The notes beneath the pieces were generated by a model that was not told the origin of the DNA, made no database searches, and was given only the letters and a program-made list of their open reading frames with translations. This document shows, in pieces, positions 30,801 to 38,705 of a stretch of 64,000 nucleotides of DNA. The stretch lies in the NCBI GenBank assembly GCA_033762915.1, contig JANRLD010000007.1, positions 1 through 64,000 of the forward strand. Direction: 5' to 3'. The stretch is from Meiothermus sp. (GTDB lineage Bacteria; Deinococcota; Deinococci; Deinococcales; Thermaceae). Made by a program: the position numbers and the translations under genes. Positions within the stretch are counted from its first letter, which is position 1; the number at the start of each line of letters is the position of its first letter.

Positions 30801-31301
30801 CTCGCCTTCTAGCCGCTCTGACTCCAGCCGCATCGCCTCGCGCCGCAGGCCCTCGAGTCGCTCTTGCTCGGCCAGTAGCCAGTCGGCGAACTCGGGGCAG
30901 TCGTCGTAGTCGAGGCCGCCCAGCAGTTCGCCGCCGAGCCGGGCCGCGCCCTCGTACTGCCGCTCGAACAGCAGCACCTCGAGCCGAGCCGCATCGGCCT
31001 CCACCTCCGGGCTCAGCCGCAGCGGCTCCTCGGGAAGCACCACCTCGCACCCCGCCGCTTTCCTGAGCCGGAACAGGCACTGCCGGAGGTTGCTGCGCGC
31101 CCGTTCCTCGTCCACCTCTGGCCACAGCAGACCCGCCAGCCTCGAGCGCGGGGTCGCTCCCTCGAGGGCCAGGTAGGCCAGCAGTCCGGCGGTTTTGCGC
31201 TCGAGGCGGTGCGGGCTCAGCCCCTCCGCGCGCAGCGCGGGGTCGTCGAGCAAAACCAGCCGCGGGGGGGCGGGGTGGGGTAACGGGTTTTGCTCCAACA
31301 T
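27888..31301 (-). CDS. SARP/BTAD-domain transcriptional regulator with AAA (STAND-like) ATPase and TPR repeats
   Basis: GLLAYLAL..RSRLAGLLWPE..ARSNLRQ, BTAD (ELAHRRVMRLHY..GDRSAA), Walker A GPPGVGKT, VAVDDLQ, TGGNPFF, FVHDLL; TACAAT 6 nt before ATG 31301. Confidence 0.88.
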   Translation of the reverse strand: MLEQNPLPHPAPPRLVLLDDPALRAEGLSPHRLERKTAGLLAYLALEGATPRSRLAGLLWPEVDEERARSNLRQCLFRLRKAAGCEVVLPEEPLRLSPEVEADAARLEVLLFERQYEGAARLGGELLGGLDYDDCPEFADWLLAEQERLEGLRREAMRLESERLEGEGDLRGALGYAERWLEAEPVSELAHRRVMRLHYLLGDRSAAVAAFERCEAVLQKELGIKPFAETLELLRLIERGREVAAPANTPTAIPLTVLRPPVLVGREREWAEMEAAWARGQMVVLEGPPGVGKTRLLTDFVQAHGPFVLHQGRPGDAQVPYSFFSRRLREDLSRFPGLELPQWVRQELSRVLPELGGPPPSPIASEEQKLRFFEALAAAQQAVIDQGVRVVAVDDLQFFDPATLEANQYLFGRLMAGGKVRTLSAYRQGELDTAHQARLEHAVEAGWAVRIQLQALEAGGLHQLLQSLELPHLDGLVASLGRYTGGNPFFVLETLKSLWESGDLQHGRPERLPVAGKVKAVIGRRLERLSAFALNLARVAAVAASDFGPELAALVMDTSPLTLTEPWAELEAAQILQGNRFVHDLLFETVRDTLPAPIKTYLHRRVAEFLASKNSDPARVAGHWLEADNLSRAVPFLLEAAQVARHTYNLEETLRLYGSAADALETLGEQPRAFELVWETAQLLDNVAPSAHHQAVSARIRRMAQTPQQQATAGIVEGRWLTMMGQVAAGEKATRRGYQAALESGDARLEVELQNLLAINLWYQDRYPESIPLLQRSVHLSHNLGSPELIAPSTAYLGAAQVFLDRHLEARANLGQALHLLELGGEKLGAAQTLTTIAESLILSGQPRQALEAALKAGQLLEGVSGASERAFTVAYALSDCHYQLAQYGHSLEAAQGGLIALGKGDHRLLGGMHYLLARTLAVLGADGAALAHLEQALAHPANLLRRSIAIQMLQTTLKARAGQDVAGMLEQIKATIRPHWPASTRINLALQLAPLSPPDKAIPLAEEALELARSIGLKGFEVFALTRLAQGRLEAGQLEEARACIEEAALKSREVHPPFLYGLELPFTRYRVALALGSSAAQEHLEAALGWLEGTLETRVPPEYKEGFLGRNPINQAVLEAASAAKLALKIKAPKR

Positions 31302-31423
31302 ATAGATATTGTAAAAGTGGCCGCTCCGGCCGTGGTGATGGGCGACCTTGAGCCCGGGTTTAGCCTTCATGGGGTGGGGTTCACCTCACGTTTTTGGCCC
31401 TCCGATTCGGTAGGCTGGGGGTC

Positions 31424-32041
31424 ATGTCCGCCGCCCCCGCTTCAGCCCCCAACCCCCAGCTGCGCCGCTCGATCGTCCTGGGCGTCGTCGGCCTGCTGAT
31501 CGCCGGACTGGGCCTGCTGCTCTCCCAGCCCCTGACCCCCGAGGGCCGCTTCGCCCGGATGATGATCCCCCACCACGCCCAGGCCGTCGAGCTCGCCAAC
31601 ATCCTTGAGCGCCGCGCCGCCGACGAGAACCTGCGCTACTTCGCCCAGGACGTAGCCCAAACCCAGGCCGCCCAGATCGGACAGATGCGCCGCTGGCTGC
31701 CCCTGTGGCGGCAACCCTTGGTGAACCTCGAGCGCCCCACCCCCGAGCAGATGCAGGGCATGGGCATGGCTTCCCAGGAGGACATTGCCAAGCTGCTTTC
31801 GCTGCAGGGGCGCGAGGCCGAGACCTGGTTCTTGCAGCTGATGATCCGCCACCATCAAGGCGCGCTGCCCATGATCGAGGAGGCCCTGCCCGAGGTGACC
31901 CAGGACCTGCCCAAGCGCCTCCTGACGGCCATGAAGAACAGCCAGGGCGGCGAAATCCGCACCATGGAAAACTGGCTTACCGACCGGGGCGGTCGGCCGC
32001 TGCCCTTCGAGCCGGGGCAGATGGAAGGCATGGGGCACTGA
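31424..32041 (+). CDS. DUF305 (CopM/ferritin-like) exported protein
   Basis: MMIPHHAQAV and LMIRHHQGAL paired HH motifs. Confidence 0.85.
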   Translation: MSAAPASAPNPQLRRSIVLGVVGLLIAGLGLLLSQPLTPEGRFARMMIPHHAQAVELANILERRAADENLRYFAQDVAQTQAAQIGQMRRWLPLWRQPLVNLERPTPEQMQGMGMASQEDIAKLLSLQGREAETWFLQLMIRHHQGALPMIEEALPEVTQDLPKRLLTAMKNSQGGEIRTMENWLTDRGGRPLPFEPGQMEGMGH

Positions 32042-32044
32042 GGC

Positions 32045-33718
32045 TCAGGAGCAGACCTTGTTTTTCCCGCTGCGCTTGGCCTGGTAAAGCAGCTGGTCGG
32101 CCAAATAGAGGAGTTTTTCCTGGTTGGGGAGCTGGGTTTCCCAGGCCAGCCCGATGCTGACCGTCACCTCGAGGCCGGGGTGGATGGAGGCCCAGGGGTG
32201 GCTCTCCACGGCTTTGCGGATGCGCTCGCAGACCAGGTGGGCGTTGTCGGAGCTGGTGTGGGGGAGCATCACCACGAACTCCTCGCCGCCGTAGCGGGCG
32301 GCGGTGTCGCTGCTGCGCAGGCACTGCAGGAGGATTTCGGCTACCTGGATCAGCACCTGGTCGCCCACCTGGTGCGAGTAGGTGTCGTTGATGCGCTTGA
32401 AACTGTCCACGTCCAGCATTGCCACCGGCAGCGGCTGCCGGGCGAGGCGGGCCATGGCGAACTCGCGCTCGAGGGCTTTCTCCAGGTAGCGGCGGTTGTA
32501 GAGCTTGGTCAGGGGGTCTTGCACCACCTGGACTTCCAGTTCGCGGGACTTCTGCTCCAGGCGCTCCATCAGGCCCACGTTCTCGCGGTGGGCCTGCTCG
32601 ACTTCGTCGAGGGCCTGCTTTAGCTCGACGTTCTTCAGGTGGGCGATCTGGGCCTCGGCCTGGGCCTGTTCGAGTTCGCGCTGGACGCTGAAGATGCGGA
32701 GCTTGCGCTCGGCCAGCTCGGCCCCCAGGGCCTTCTCCAGCTTGTGGTGGGTCTTGTAATGCTTGAGGGCCTGGGTGGGGTCTCCCAGCCCCTCGTAGGC
32801 CTCGCACAGCCGCAGGTGAATCTCGGCCTCCACCGTCCTGGTTCCCAGCGCCTGGGCGGTCTCGAGGGCACTCCTCAGCGGCACCAGCGCCTGTGCCGCC
32901 AGCCCCTGCGAAAGGTAGACCCCGGCGATGTTGAGGTCGCAATAGACCTCGCCCTCGCGCAGACCTGCCGCCCTCACCACCTCGTGGGCCTCGGCCAGCA
33001 CCGTTAGGGCTTCGGGGTAGCGCCCCTCCCCCGTGCGGGCCTCCCCCAGGTTGACCAGGGTGCGGGCCAGCACGTCGGTGAAGCCGTGCTCCCGGCTGAA
33101 AGCGATCAGCTCGAGGCCCGACTCCGCCGCCTCGGCGAAGCGCCCGAGCTGTACCAGGCCGTTGACCACGTTGCCCCAGGCGGTGGCCTCGCGGGGGGGG
33201 TCTTGGCGGTCGCGGCTGATCTGGAGGGCCTCGAGCTTGGCCTTCAGCCCGTCTTCGAAGCGGCCCAGCTTGTCGAAGACGTGTCCCATGTTGTTGAGGC
33301 TGAAGGCGATGCCGCCCTGGTCGCCCAGCTCTGCGCTGAGCCAGTAGGTCTTCTCGACGTATTCCAGGGCCTTGTCCAGCTCCCCCAGGGCCACGTACAG
33401 GGCCCCGGTGTAGTTGTGGCAGTCGCGCTCGACCCATTTCTCGCCCGAATCCCGCGCCAGCACCTGCGCCGCCGCCAGGTCGCCGAAGGCGGTCTCGTAC
33501 TCGCCCCGCAGGTATAAGCAGACCCCCCGCGTGCGGAGGGCTCGAGCCTGGCCCTGGACGTAGCCGCCGCTGCGGGCCAGCTCGAGGGCGCGCTGGCTGT
33601 TCTCCAGAGCCTGTGCCAGGTCTTTGCGGAACAGGCCCCAGGCCAGTTCGTTGAGGCGGTCAATCTCCGCGACCCCCTCCACCCGCAATGCGTTCGGTTG
33701 AGCTCTCAATGCCGACAT
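32045..33718 (-). CDS. TPR-repeat diguanylate cyclase
   Basis: Multiple TPR-like repeats (AFSLNNMGHVF, ARTLVNLGEA), then DPLTKLYNRR, DVDSFKRIND and RSSD-TAARYGGEEF. Confidence 0.92.
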   Translation of the reverse strand: MSALRAQPNALRVEGVAEIDRLNELAWGLFRKDLAQALENSQRALELARSGGYVQGQARALRTRGVCLYLRGEYETAFGDLAAAQVLARDSGEKWVERDCHNYTGALYVALGELDKALEYVEKTYWLSAELGDQGGIAFSLNNMGHVFDKLGRFEDGLKAKLEALQISRDRQDPPREATAWGNVVNGLVQLGRFAEAAESGLELIAFSREHGFTDVLARTLVNLGEARTGEGRYPEALTVLAEAHEVVRAAGLREGEVYCDLNIAGVYLSQGLAAQALVPLRSALETAQALGTRTVEAEIHLRLCEAYEGLGDPTQALKHYKTHHKLEKALGAELAERKLRIFSVQRELEQAQAEAQIAHLKNVELKQALDEVEQAHRENVGLMERLEQKSRELEVQVVQDPLTKLYNRRYLEKALEREFAMARLARQPLPVAMLDVDSFKRINDTYSHQVGDQVLIQVAEILLQCLRSSDTAARYGGEEFVVMLPHTSSDNAHLVCERIRKAVESHPWASIHPGLEVTVSIGLAWETQLPNQEKLLYLADQLLYQAKRSGKNKVCS

Positions 33719-33916
33719 TCCGCTCCCAGTATAGGTAGGTCCGGCAGTCGAGCCGGGTGATTTCAGGTCCCCGGACGACTCCGGCCGTAACGCCGCCGCC
33801 GCGTAACGCCCCGCGAACGGGTTACGGTTGGGCTGGGCAGCCCCAGATGTGAAAAGGGCGGAAGCTGTTTGAAGAGCAAATCTTGCTCTGGTTGCACTAA
33901 TAAGGAGGCCATACCC

Positions 33917-34075
33917 ATGAAAAAGCTGTTGACCTGGATTTTCGCCGTCGTGCTGGCCGCAGTGGCCTTTGCTGCGCCGATGAGCGCAGTACCCACTGTT
34001 GCCGAAAAGCCGAACATAGAGAAACCCAGTGACTCGCCTGTGCAGAAGAGCGGGTGGGGCGGCTGGGGCGGCTAG
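33917..34075 (+). CDS. Small secreted peptide (52 aa)
   Basis: Strong RBS TAAGGAGG; MKKLLTWIFAVVLAAVAFA-APMSAVPTVAEKPNIEKPSDSPVQKSGWGGWGG; followed by a terminator. Confidence 0.8.
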   Translation: MKKLLTWIFAVVLAAVAFAAPMSAVPTVAEKPNIEKPSDSPVQKSGWGGWGG

Positions 34076-34087
34076 AGCCCCTTGCCG

Positions 34088-34119
34088 AAAGCCTCGAGCC
34101 CGGCTCGGGGCTTTTTTTC
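34088..34119 (+). terminator. Intrinsic terminator of the peptide gene
   Basis: AAAGCCTCGAGC-CCG-GCTCGGGGCTTTTTTT. Confidence 0.8.
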
Positions 34120-34147
34120 ATTAATGTTTTGGCTGTAAACTGGTCTA

Positions 34148-34399
34148 ATGAGCACCTTAGGGCGCATCGCGCTGTTCGCATCCTTAATCCTTCTGGTAAT
34201 CGGCGTCATCATAGCGACCATCAATTTCATCAACATCCGCGACTACCTGGTGGCCCTCTCGGCCAACCGCACGCGGGAGTTTCTGGACGTCAACCCGCGC
34301 CTGTGGCTGACCTACCTGATCTTCTTCCTCGGCGGTCTTACGTTGGGTGTAGGCATCATGAGCAGCTTCGCCGGGCGGCGGGGCAACAACGGGCAGTAA
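34148..34399 (+). CDS. Small two-TM membrane protein
   Basis: Two hydrophobic segments; TAAACT 6 nt before the ATG. Confidence 0.65.
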   Translation: MSTLGRIALFASLILLVIGVIIATINFINIRDYLVALSANRTREFLDVNPRLWLTYLIFFLGGLTLGVGIMSSFAGRRGNNGQ

Positions 34400-34415
34400 G
34401 GTCCGGCACAAACGT

Positions 34416-34445
34416 GGGCCGGTCCTCCAAGGACTGGCCTGTTTT
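34416..34445 (+). terminator. Probable intrinsic terminator
   Basis: GGGCCGGTCCT-CCA-AGGACTGGCCT-GTTTT. Confidence 0.5.
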
Positions 34446-34618
34446 GCTGTTATTGCGGCTTTCGCGGCCAACCGTGGGTTTTCCGAAGACGCGAACCCCT
34501 GGCAGGCGCTCTGGGCCGGGTTTCGCAAACCCGTCATGGAGACGGCGGCGGCGGGGGCCGCCTTTGTATTGCACAGCCGCCCCCGCCGTGCCGTCTGGGC
34601 GTAAGCTGGGGCGATACT

Positions 34619-35806
34619 ATGGCGGCGTACGACTTTATCATCGCGGGGGCCGGGGCGGCGGGTCTGAGCTTGGCCTACCACCTTAACAGCGCCGGGCTGC
34701 ACGACAAGCGGATTCTGCTGCTCGACCGCGCCCCCAAGACCGTAAACGACCGCACCTGGTGCTTCTGGGAGGCGGGCCAGAGCCCCTACGAGAAGGCGGT
34801 CTTTCGCCAGTGGGGGAGGGTCTGGTTCCACGGCGAGGGCGTCTCGAGGCGGCTCGAGCTCTCCCCCTACCGCTACAAGATGATCCGGGGACTGGACTTC
34901 TACCAGCACATGCAGCGGTGGCTGGCCCGGCAGCCCAACATTGACATTAAGTACGGGGAAATCGAGCGGCTCGAGGACACCCCCGAGGGCGTGACGGCCT
35001 GGCAGAACGGCCAACCGCACCGCGCCCGCTGGGCCTTCAGCAGCCTCTACAAGCCCCAGCCCAGACAGCCTCAGTACCACTACTTGCTGCAGCACTTCAA
35101 GGGCTGGGTGGTCCGGACCCCCCAGCCCGCCTTCGACCCCTCCGCCGCTACTTTTATGGACTTCCGGGTGGAGCAACACGGCGATGTGCGCTTTGCCTAC
35201 GTGCTGCCCTTCGACGAGCGCACCGCATTGGTCGAGTACACGCTGTTCTCCGGGGAATTGCTGGGCCAGGCCGACTACGATGCCGGCCTGCGCGACTACC
35301 TGTCGCAGTTTTGCGGGGTGCGGGAGTTCGAGATCCTCGAGGCCGAGTTCGGGGTCATCCCCATGACCGACGCCCCCCACGGCTTGGTGCAGAGCCCCCA
35401 TGTGCTTAACATCGGGATCGCCGGGGGGCGGGCCAAGGCCTCTACCGGCTACGCCTTCAAGCGCATCCAGGCCCAGTCGCGCCGCATCGTGGAGAGCCTG
35501 CTGCACACCGGGCAGCCGGTCTACCGCGAGCCCGCCTTCGACCGCCACGCCTGGATGGACAGCATCTACCTCGAGGCCCTGGCCTCCAAGCGGGTCGGGG
35601 GGCGGGAGTTCTTCGGGGGGCTGTTCCGCAAGAACCCCCCGGCGCGGGTGCTGCGCTTCCTCGACGAGGAGACAGGCCCGCTCGAGGACTTGCGGATCAT
35701 GCTCAGCGTGGACATCCCCAGGTTCACGGCCGCTGCCCTCGAGGTGGGGCGGTCACGCCTGTTCACGCGGGCGGGCACGCCCCGACCTGACCGATTTGCG
35801 TCTTAG
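34619..35806 (+). CDS. Lycopene cyclase family protein
   Basis: IIAGAGAAGLSLA, NDRTWCFW, FMDFRV, FAYVLPF..ALVEYT, GVIPM, KASTGYAF. Confidence 0.88.
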   Translation: MAAYDFIIAGAGAAGLSLAYHLNSAGLHDKRILLLDRAPKTVNDRTWCFWEAGQSPYEKAVFRQWGRVWFHGEGVSRRLELSPYRYKMIRGLDFYQHMQRWLARQPNIDIKYGEIERLEDTPEGVTAWQNGQPHRARWAFSSLYKPQPRQPQYHYLLQHFKGWVVRTPQPAFDPSAATFMDFRVEQHGDVRFAYVLPFDERTALVEYTLFSGELLGQADYDAGLRDYLSQFCGVREFEILEAEFGVIPMTDAPHGLVQSPHVLNIGIAGGRAKASTGYAFKRIQAQSRRIVESLLHTGQPVYREPAFDRHAWMDSIYLEALASKRVGGREFFGGLFRKNPPARVLRFLDEETGPLEDLRIMLSVDIPRFTAAALEVGRSRLFTRAGTPRPDRFAS

Positions 35807-35837
35807 CTGACAGCCGCCCGGCGGGTTTGCCCCTATC

Positions 35838-37010
35838 GTGATGGGAATGGAGCCACTCGCCGCAGGGGTCGCGGCCCTCCTGGCCGGGGGGCTGGCTTTT
35901 TTCTGGCCCGGCAGCGGTGCGCACGACTTCTACGGGCTGCGCCGCGCCGCCCTAATGCGCTTGTGGGGCGGTCTGGGCGGCCTGGCCCTGGCCCTGGCGG
36001 GCGCGGTGCTGATGGTGCTGGGCGGGGTCGGCCCTACCGGCCTGGGGCTCGCGGTCGGCGGCTCGGCCCTGGCGCTGTTGGCGGTCTGGGGCGCCGACGT
36101 GCTGGCCCTGCGGCGGGCGGCGGTGCTGCGCTCGAGCACGCTCGCCCTGGGGCTGGGTGCCCTGTTGGCTTGGAGCCCCCGCCTCGAGGTCTGGTTGATC
36201 GTGGCCCTATGCGCCCTGGTGGCTGCACAGGCCGCGACGCTTCTGCGCAGCCCGGTGGGGCTGGGCCGCCTGCTCTGGTTGCGCCAAAACCTGCGTCTCT
36301 GGCAGGCCCTGCTGATCGCTGCGGTGCTGATCCGCATCCCGGTGCCGCTGTGGCCGGAGAGTTTTCCGGTCATCGCCGTGACCCAGATCAGCCTGATTAC
36401 CCTGGCCGCGCTGCTGTGGGGCTATGGCCGGGTCGGGGTGCGGATCCTGCCGCTGGCGCTGGCGGCGTTCTCCATCGGGCTGGTGATCGAGCTGCTGGGC
36501 AGCCGCACCGGCTTCCCTTTCGGCCTCTACACCTACGCGGGCGCACCCGACCCTACCCTCTTTACCGTTCCGCTGCTGGTGCCCCTGGGGTGGTTCAGCC
36601 TGGTGCTCTCGGCCCATCTGCTGGCAGGGGGGCGGCCCTGGCTGACCGGCCTGCTGGTGGTGGCCTGGGACCTGGGCCTCGAGGCCCTGATGCCCCTGAA
36701 GGGCTACTGGCAGTGGCTCGACCCCAACCCCTTCTGGTACGGCGCACCCGTCCAAAACTACCTGGCCTGGTTCGCGGTGGGCTTCCTGATCTCCTGGATG
36801 TTCGCCCGCTTTGCCCCGGACCTGCCCCGCGACCCCAGCTTCGGTTGGGCCTACCGGCTCGAGGCCCTCTTCATCCCGGTCGGCCTGGCCTTGTTCGGCC
36901 TCTACCCCGCCGCCGTGGTTTGCGGGATCGCCATGAACCTGCTGGCCTGGCGCGGTGTGCGCTGGCCGGAGCTGGTGCCCCATCGGCAGGCACATCACGC
37001 GGGGGACTAG
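35838..37010 (+). CDS. Carotenoid biosynthesis membrane protein (CruF/DUF422-like hydratase domain; start approximate)
   Basis: ELLGSRTGFPFGLYTY, VPLLVPLGWF, AWDLGLE, GYWQW, GAPVQNYLAWF. Confidence 0.8.
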   Translation: MMGMEPLAAGVAALLAGGLAFFWPGSGAHDFYGLRRAALMRLWGGLGGLALALAGAVLMVLGGVGPTGLGLAVGGSALALLAVWGADVLALRRAAVLRSSTLALGLGALLAWSPRLEVWLIVALCALVAAQAATLLRSPVGLGRLLWLRQNLRLWQALLIAAVLIRIPVPLWPESFPVIAVTQISLITLAALLWGYGRVGVRILPLALAAFSIGLVIELLGSRTGFPFGLYTYAGAPDPTLFTVPLLVPLGWFSLVLSAHLLAGGRPWLTGLLVVAWDLGLEALMPLKGYWQWLDPNPFWYGAPVQNYLAWFAVGFLISWMFARFAPDLPRDPSFGWAYRLEALFIPVGLALFGLYPAAVVCGIAMNLLAWRGVRWPELVPHRQAHHAGD

Positions 37011-37154
37011 CGGCGGTGATCTGCGCGCGGGTTCCCTACCTCCCGGGCGAAACTCTGGAAAATGGGGATTAAGCCTCTCTGCACACTCGAGGTGGTCTTT
37101 ATCGCTTTGATCACGTTTGGGTAGGTTGATGACCAGACTACAGGTCTCCTTAGT

Positions 37155-37329
37155 TGCAATGCGAACTATCGCCCGCCAGTTCCCGCAGGGAATTGCGTCT
37201 CGGGTAGCCGCTCTGCGGCTATGGCGCATGCCACTCTGCCCTGGGTAGCTGCTCCACGGCTATGGCGCACGCCACTCTGCCCAGGCACGTATTTGCTGCT
37301 TCTGCCGATTCCGTACTTCTACCCTGGCT
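37155..37329 (+). repeat. Dispersed repeat family A, copy 2, with an internal ~41-bp duplication
   Basis: Matches 2158-2290; the GGGTAGC..GGCTATGGCGCA.GCCACTCTGCCC unit occurs twice. Confidence 0.85.
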
Positions 37330-37330
37330 T

Positions 37331-37443
37331 AGAGCGGTTCCCACGAACACTCTGTACGGCGGATTTTTCCGTACCGAGCGCAATGCTCCGCTTTAGCGCA
37401 CGCTTTAGCGCAGCACCGTGGGCGGAGTATGCTTGGGAAACGC
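37331..37443 (+). repeat. Dispersed repeat family B copy, abutting family A
   Basis: AGAGCGGTTCCCACGAACACTC...GCTTTAGCGC x2...GCACCGTGGGCGGAGTATG..GGGAAACGC. Confidence 0.88.
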
Positions 37444-37740
37444 AATGACAACTCCTGGAACTCCATCAACTGTTCGTTGCCTGCGTTCATGTAATGCTTG
37501 TTTTTGCAGCGGTGAATCTGCCGGACTCCACCTCGAGCTTCGCCTCCTGTCTTCGAGTGATTGTTCGGCGTACTGGCAACACCAGACATCATGTTTTGCC
37601 CGCTCCACGTAGCCTTCTTTACATCCTTGCCCCGCTTTTCTCTTCTCTGTGCTGAACCCCAGCTGTGCCTTGGTGGTGAAGAAGGTCAATTTGGTGCATG
37701 CGTTTACACCCGTCCCTGACGCGCGGGACGAGAATGGCCT

Positions 37741-38664
37741 ATGGGCCTGGAGTCGCCGCTGGGTTTGCTGGGGTTTCTGATACTGCCGGGGGTGGTGTGG
37801 CTGTACCGGCGTGCAGTGCGGCGCGGGCGGGGTGAGGGTTTCGCGCTGCTTCCGGGCCTCGAGTTCCACTCCCGGGCCGCATCGTGCTGCGCGCGGCACC
37901 TATTGGCGGTGGCCTACCTGGCTGCGTTGGCGCTGGCGATGGTGGCGGTGGCCCGGCCCCACGCCACCCTCTTGACCCCCGACCAGCGGGCCGGGATCGT
38001 GCTGGCGCTGGACGTGAGCGGCTCGATGAGCGCGGTGGACATCCCGCCCGACCGACTGGGAGCGGCCAAACGCTCGGCCTCGGCCTTCGTGGAGCGGCTG
38101 CCGGAGGGCGTGAAGGTGGGGCTGGTGAGCTTTGCGGGCTCGGCCCAGCTCGAGTCCCCCCTCACCGACGACCACGCCGAAGTGATCGAGAGGATCAGTC
38201 TGCTCGAGGTGCGCCCTAGCACCGCCATCGGGGAGGGCCTAGCCGAGAGCCTGCGGGCCTTTCCCACCGACCAGAACGGACGCCCAGAGGGCCCCGCTAC
38301 GGTGATCCTGCTCTCCGACGGCGAGAACCGCGACGGCATCTCCCCCCTAAGGGTCGCCGAGCGGGCCGCCAAGCTGGGCGTGCGGGTACACACCATCGGG
38401 GTTGGGACGGCGGACCGGCGCAACCCCGAAGCGGTCTATGCCGGCTTTGACGAAGCCGAGCTGCGTGGCATCGCTGCGGTAACCCGGGGCCGCTATTTCG
38501 CGGTCGGCTCGGCGGGTCAGCTCGAGGCCGTATACCGCCAGCTGGGCAGCCAGGTCGGCTGGGTGCCCCAGCGCACCGAGGTCAGCGGCCTGTTCGGCCT
38601 GGCCTCGGGGCTGATCCTGGGAATTTGCCTGTTGAGTGCGGCGTTCGCGAGGCGGGTGTTTTGA
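37741..38664 (+). CDS. Membrane-anchored VWA domain protein (BatA-like)
   Basis: MIDAS motif DVSGSM, TAIGEG, LLSDGEN, VHTIGVG. Confidence 0.88.
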   Translation: MGLESPLGLLGFLILPGVVWLYRRAVRRGRGEGFALLPGLEFHSRAASCCARHLLAVAYLAALALAMVAVARPHATLLTPDQRAGIVLALDVSGSMSAVDIPPDRLGAAKRSASAFVERLPEGVKVGLVSFAGSAQLESPLTDDHAEVIERISLLEVRPSTAIGEGLAESLRAFPTDQNGRPEGPATVILLSDGENRDGISPLRVAERAAKLGVRVHTIGVGTADRRNPEAVYAGFDEAELRGIAAVTRGRYFAVGSAGQLEAVYRQLGSQVGWVPQRTEVSGLFGLASGLILGICLLSAAFARRVF

Positions 38665-38705
38665 GGGGTGGGAAGCGGGAGGGGGAGGGGCCAACCGCCA
38701 CCACC

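Noticed and set aside
33917..34075. The secreted peptide as a RiPP precursor (WxxW)
   Set aside because: No radical SAM, P450 or other modifying enzyme or dedicated exporter nearby, and the leader looks like a Sec signal; not fully excluded
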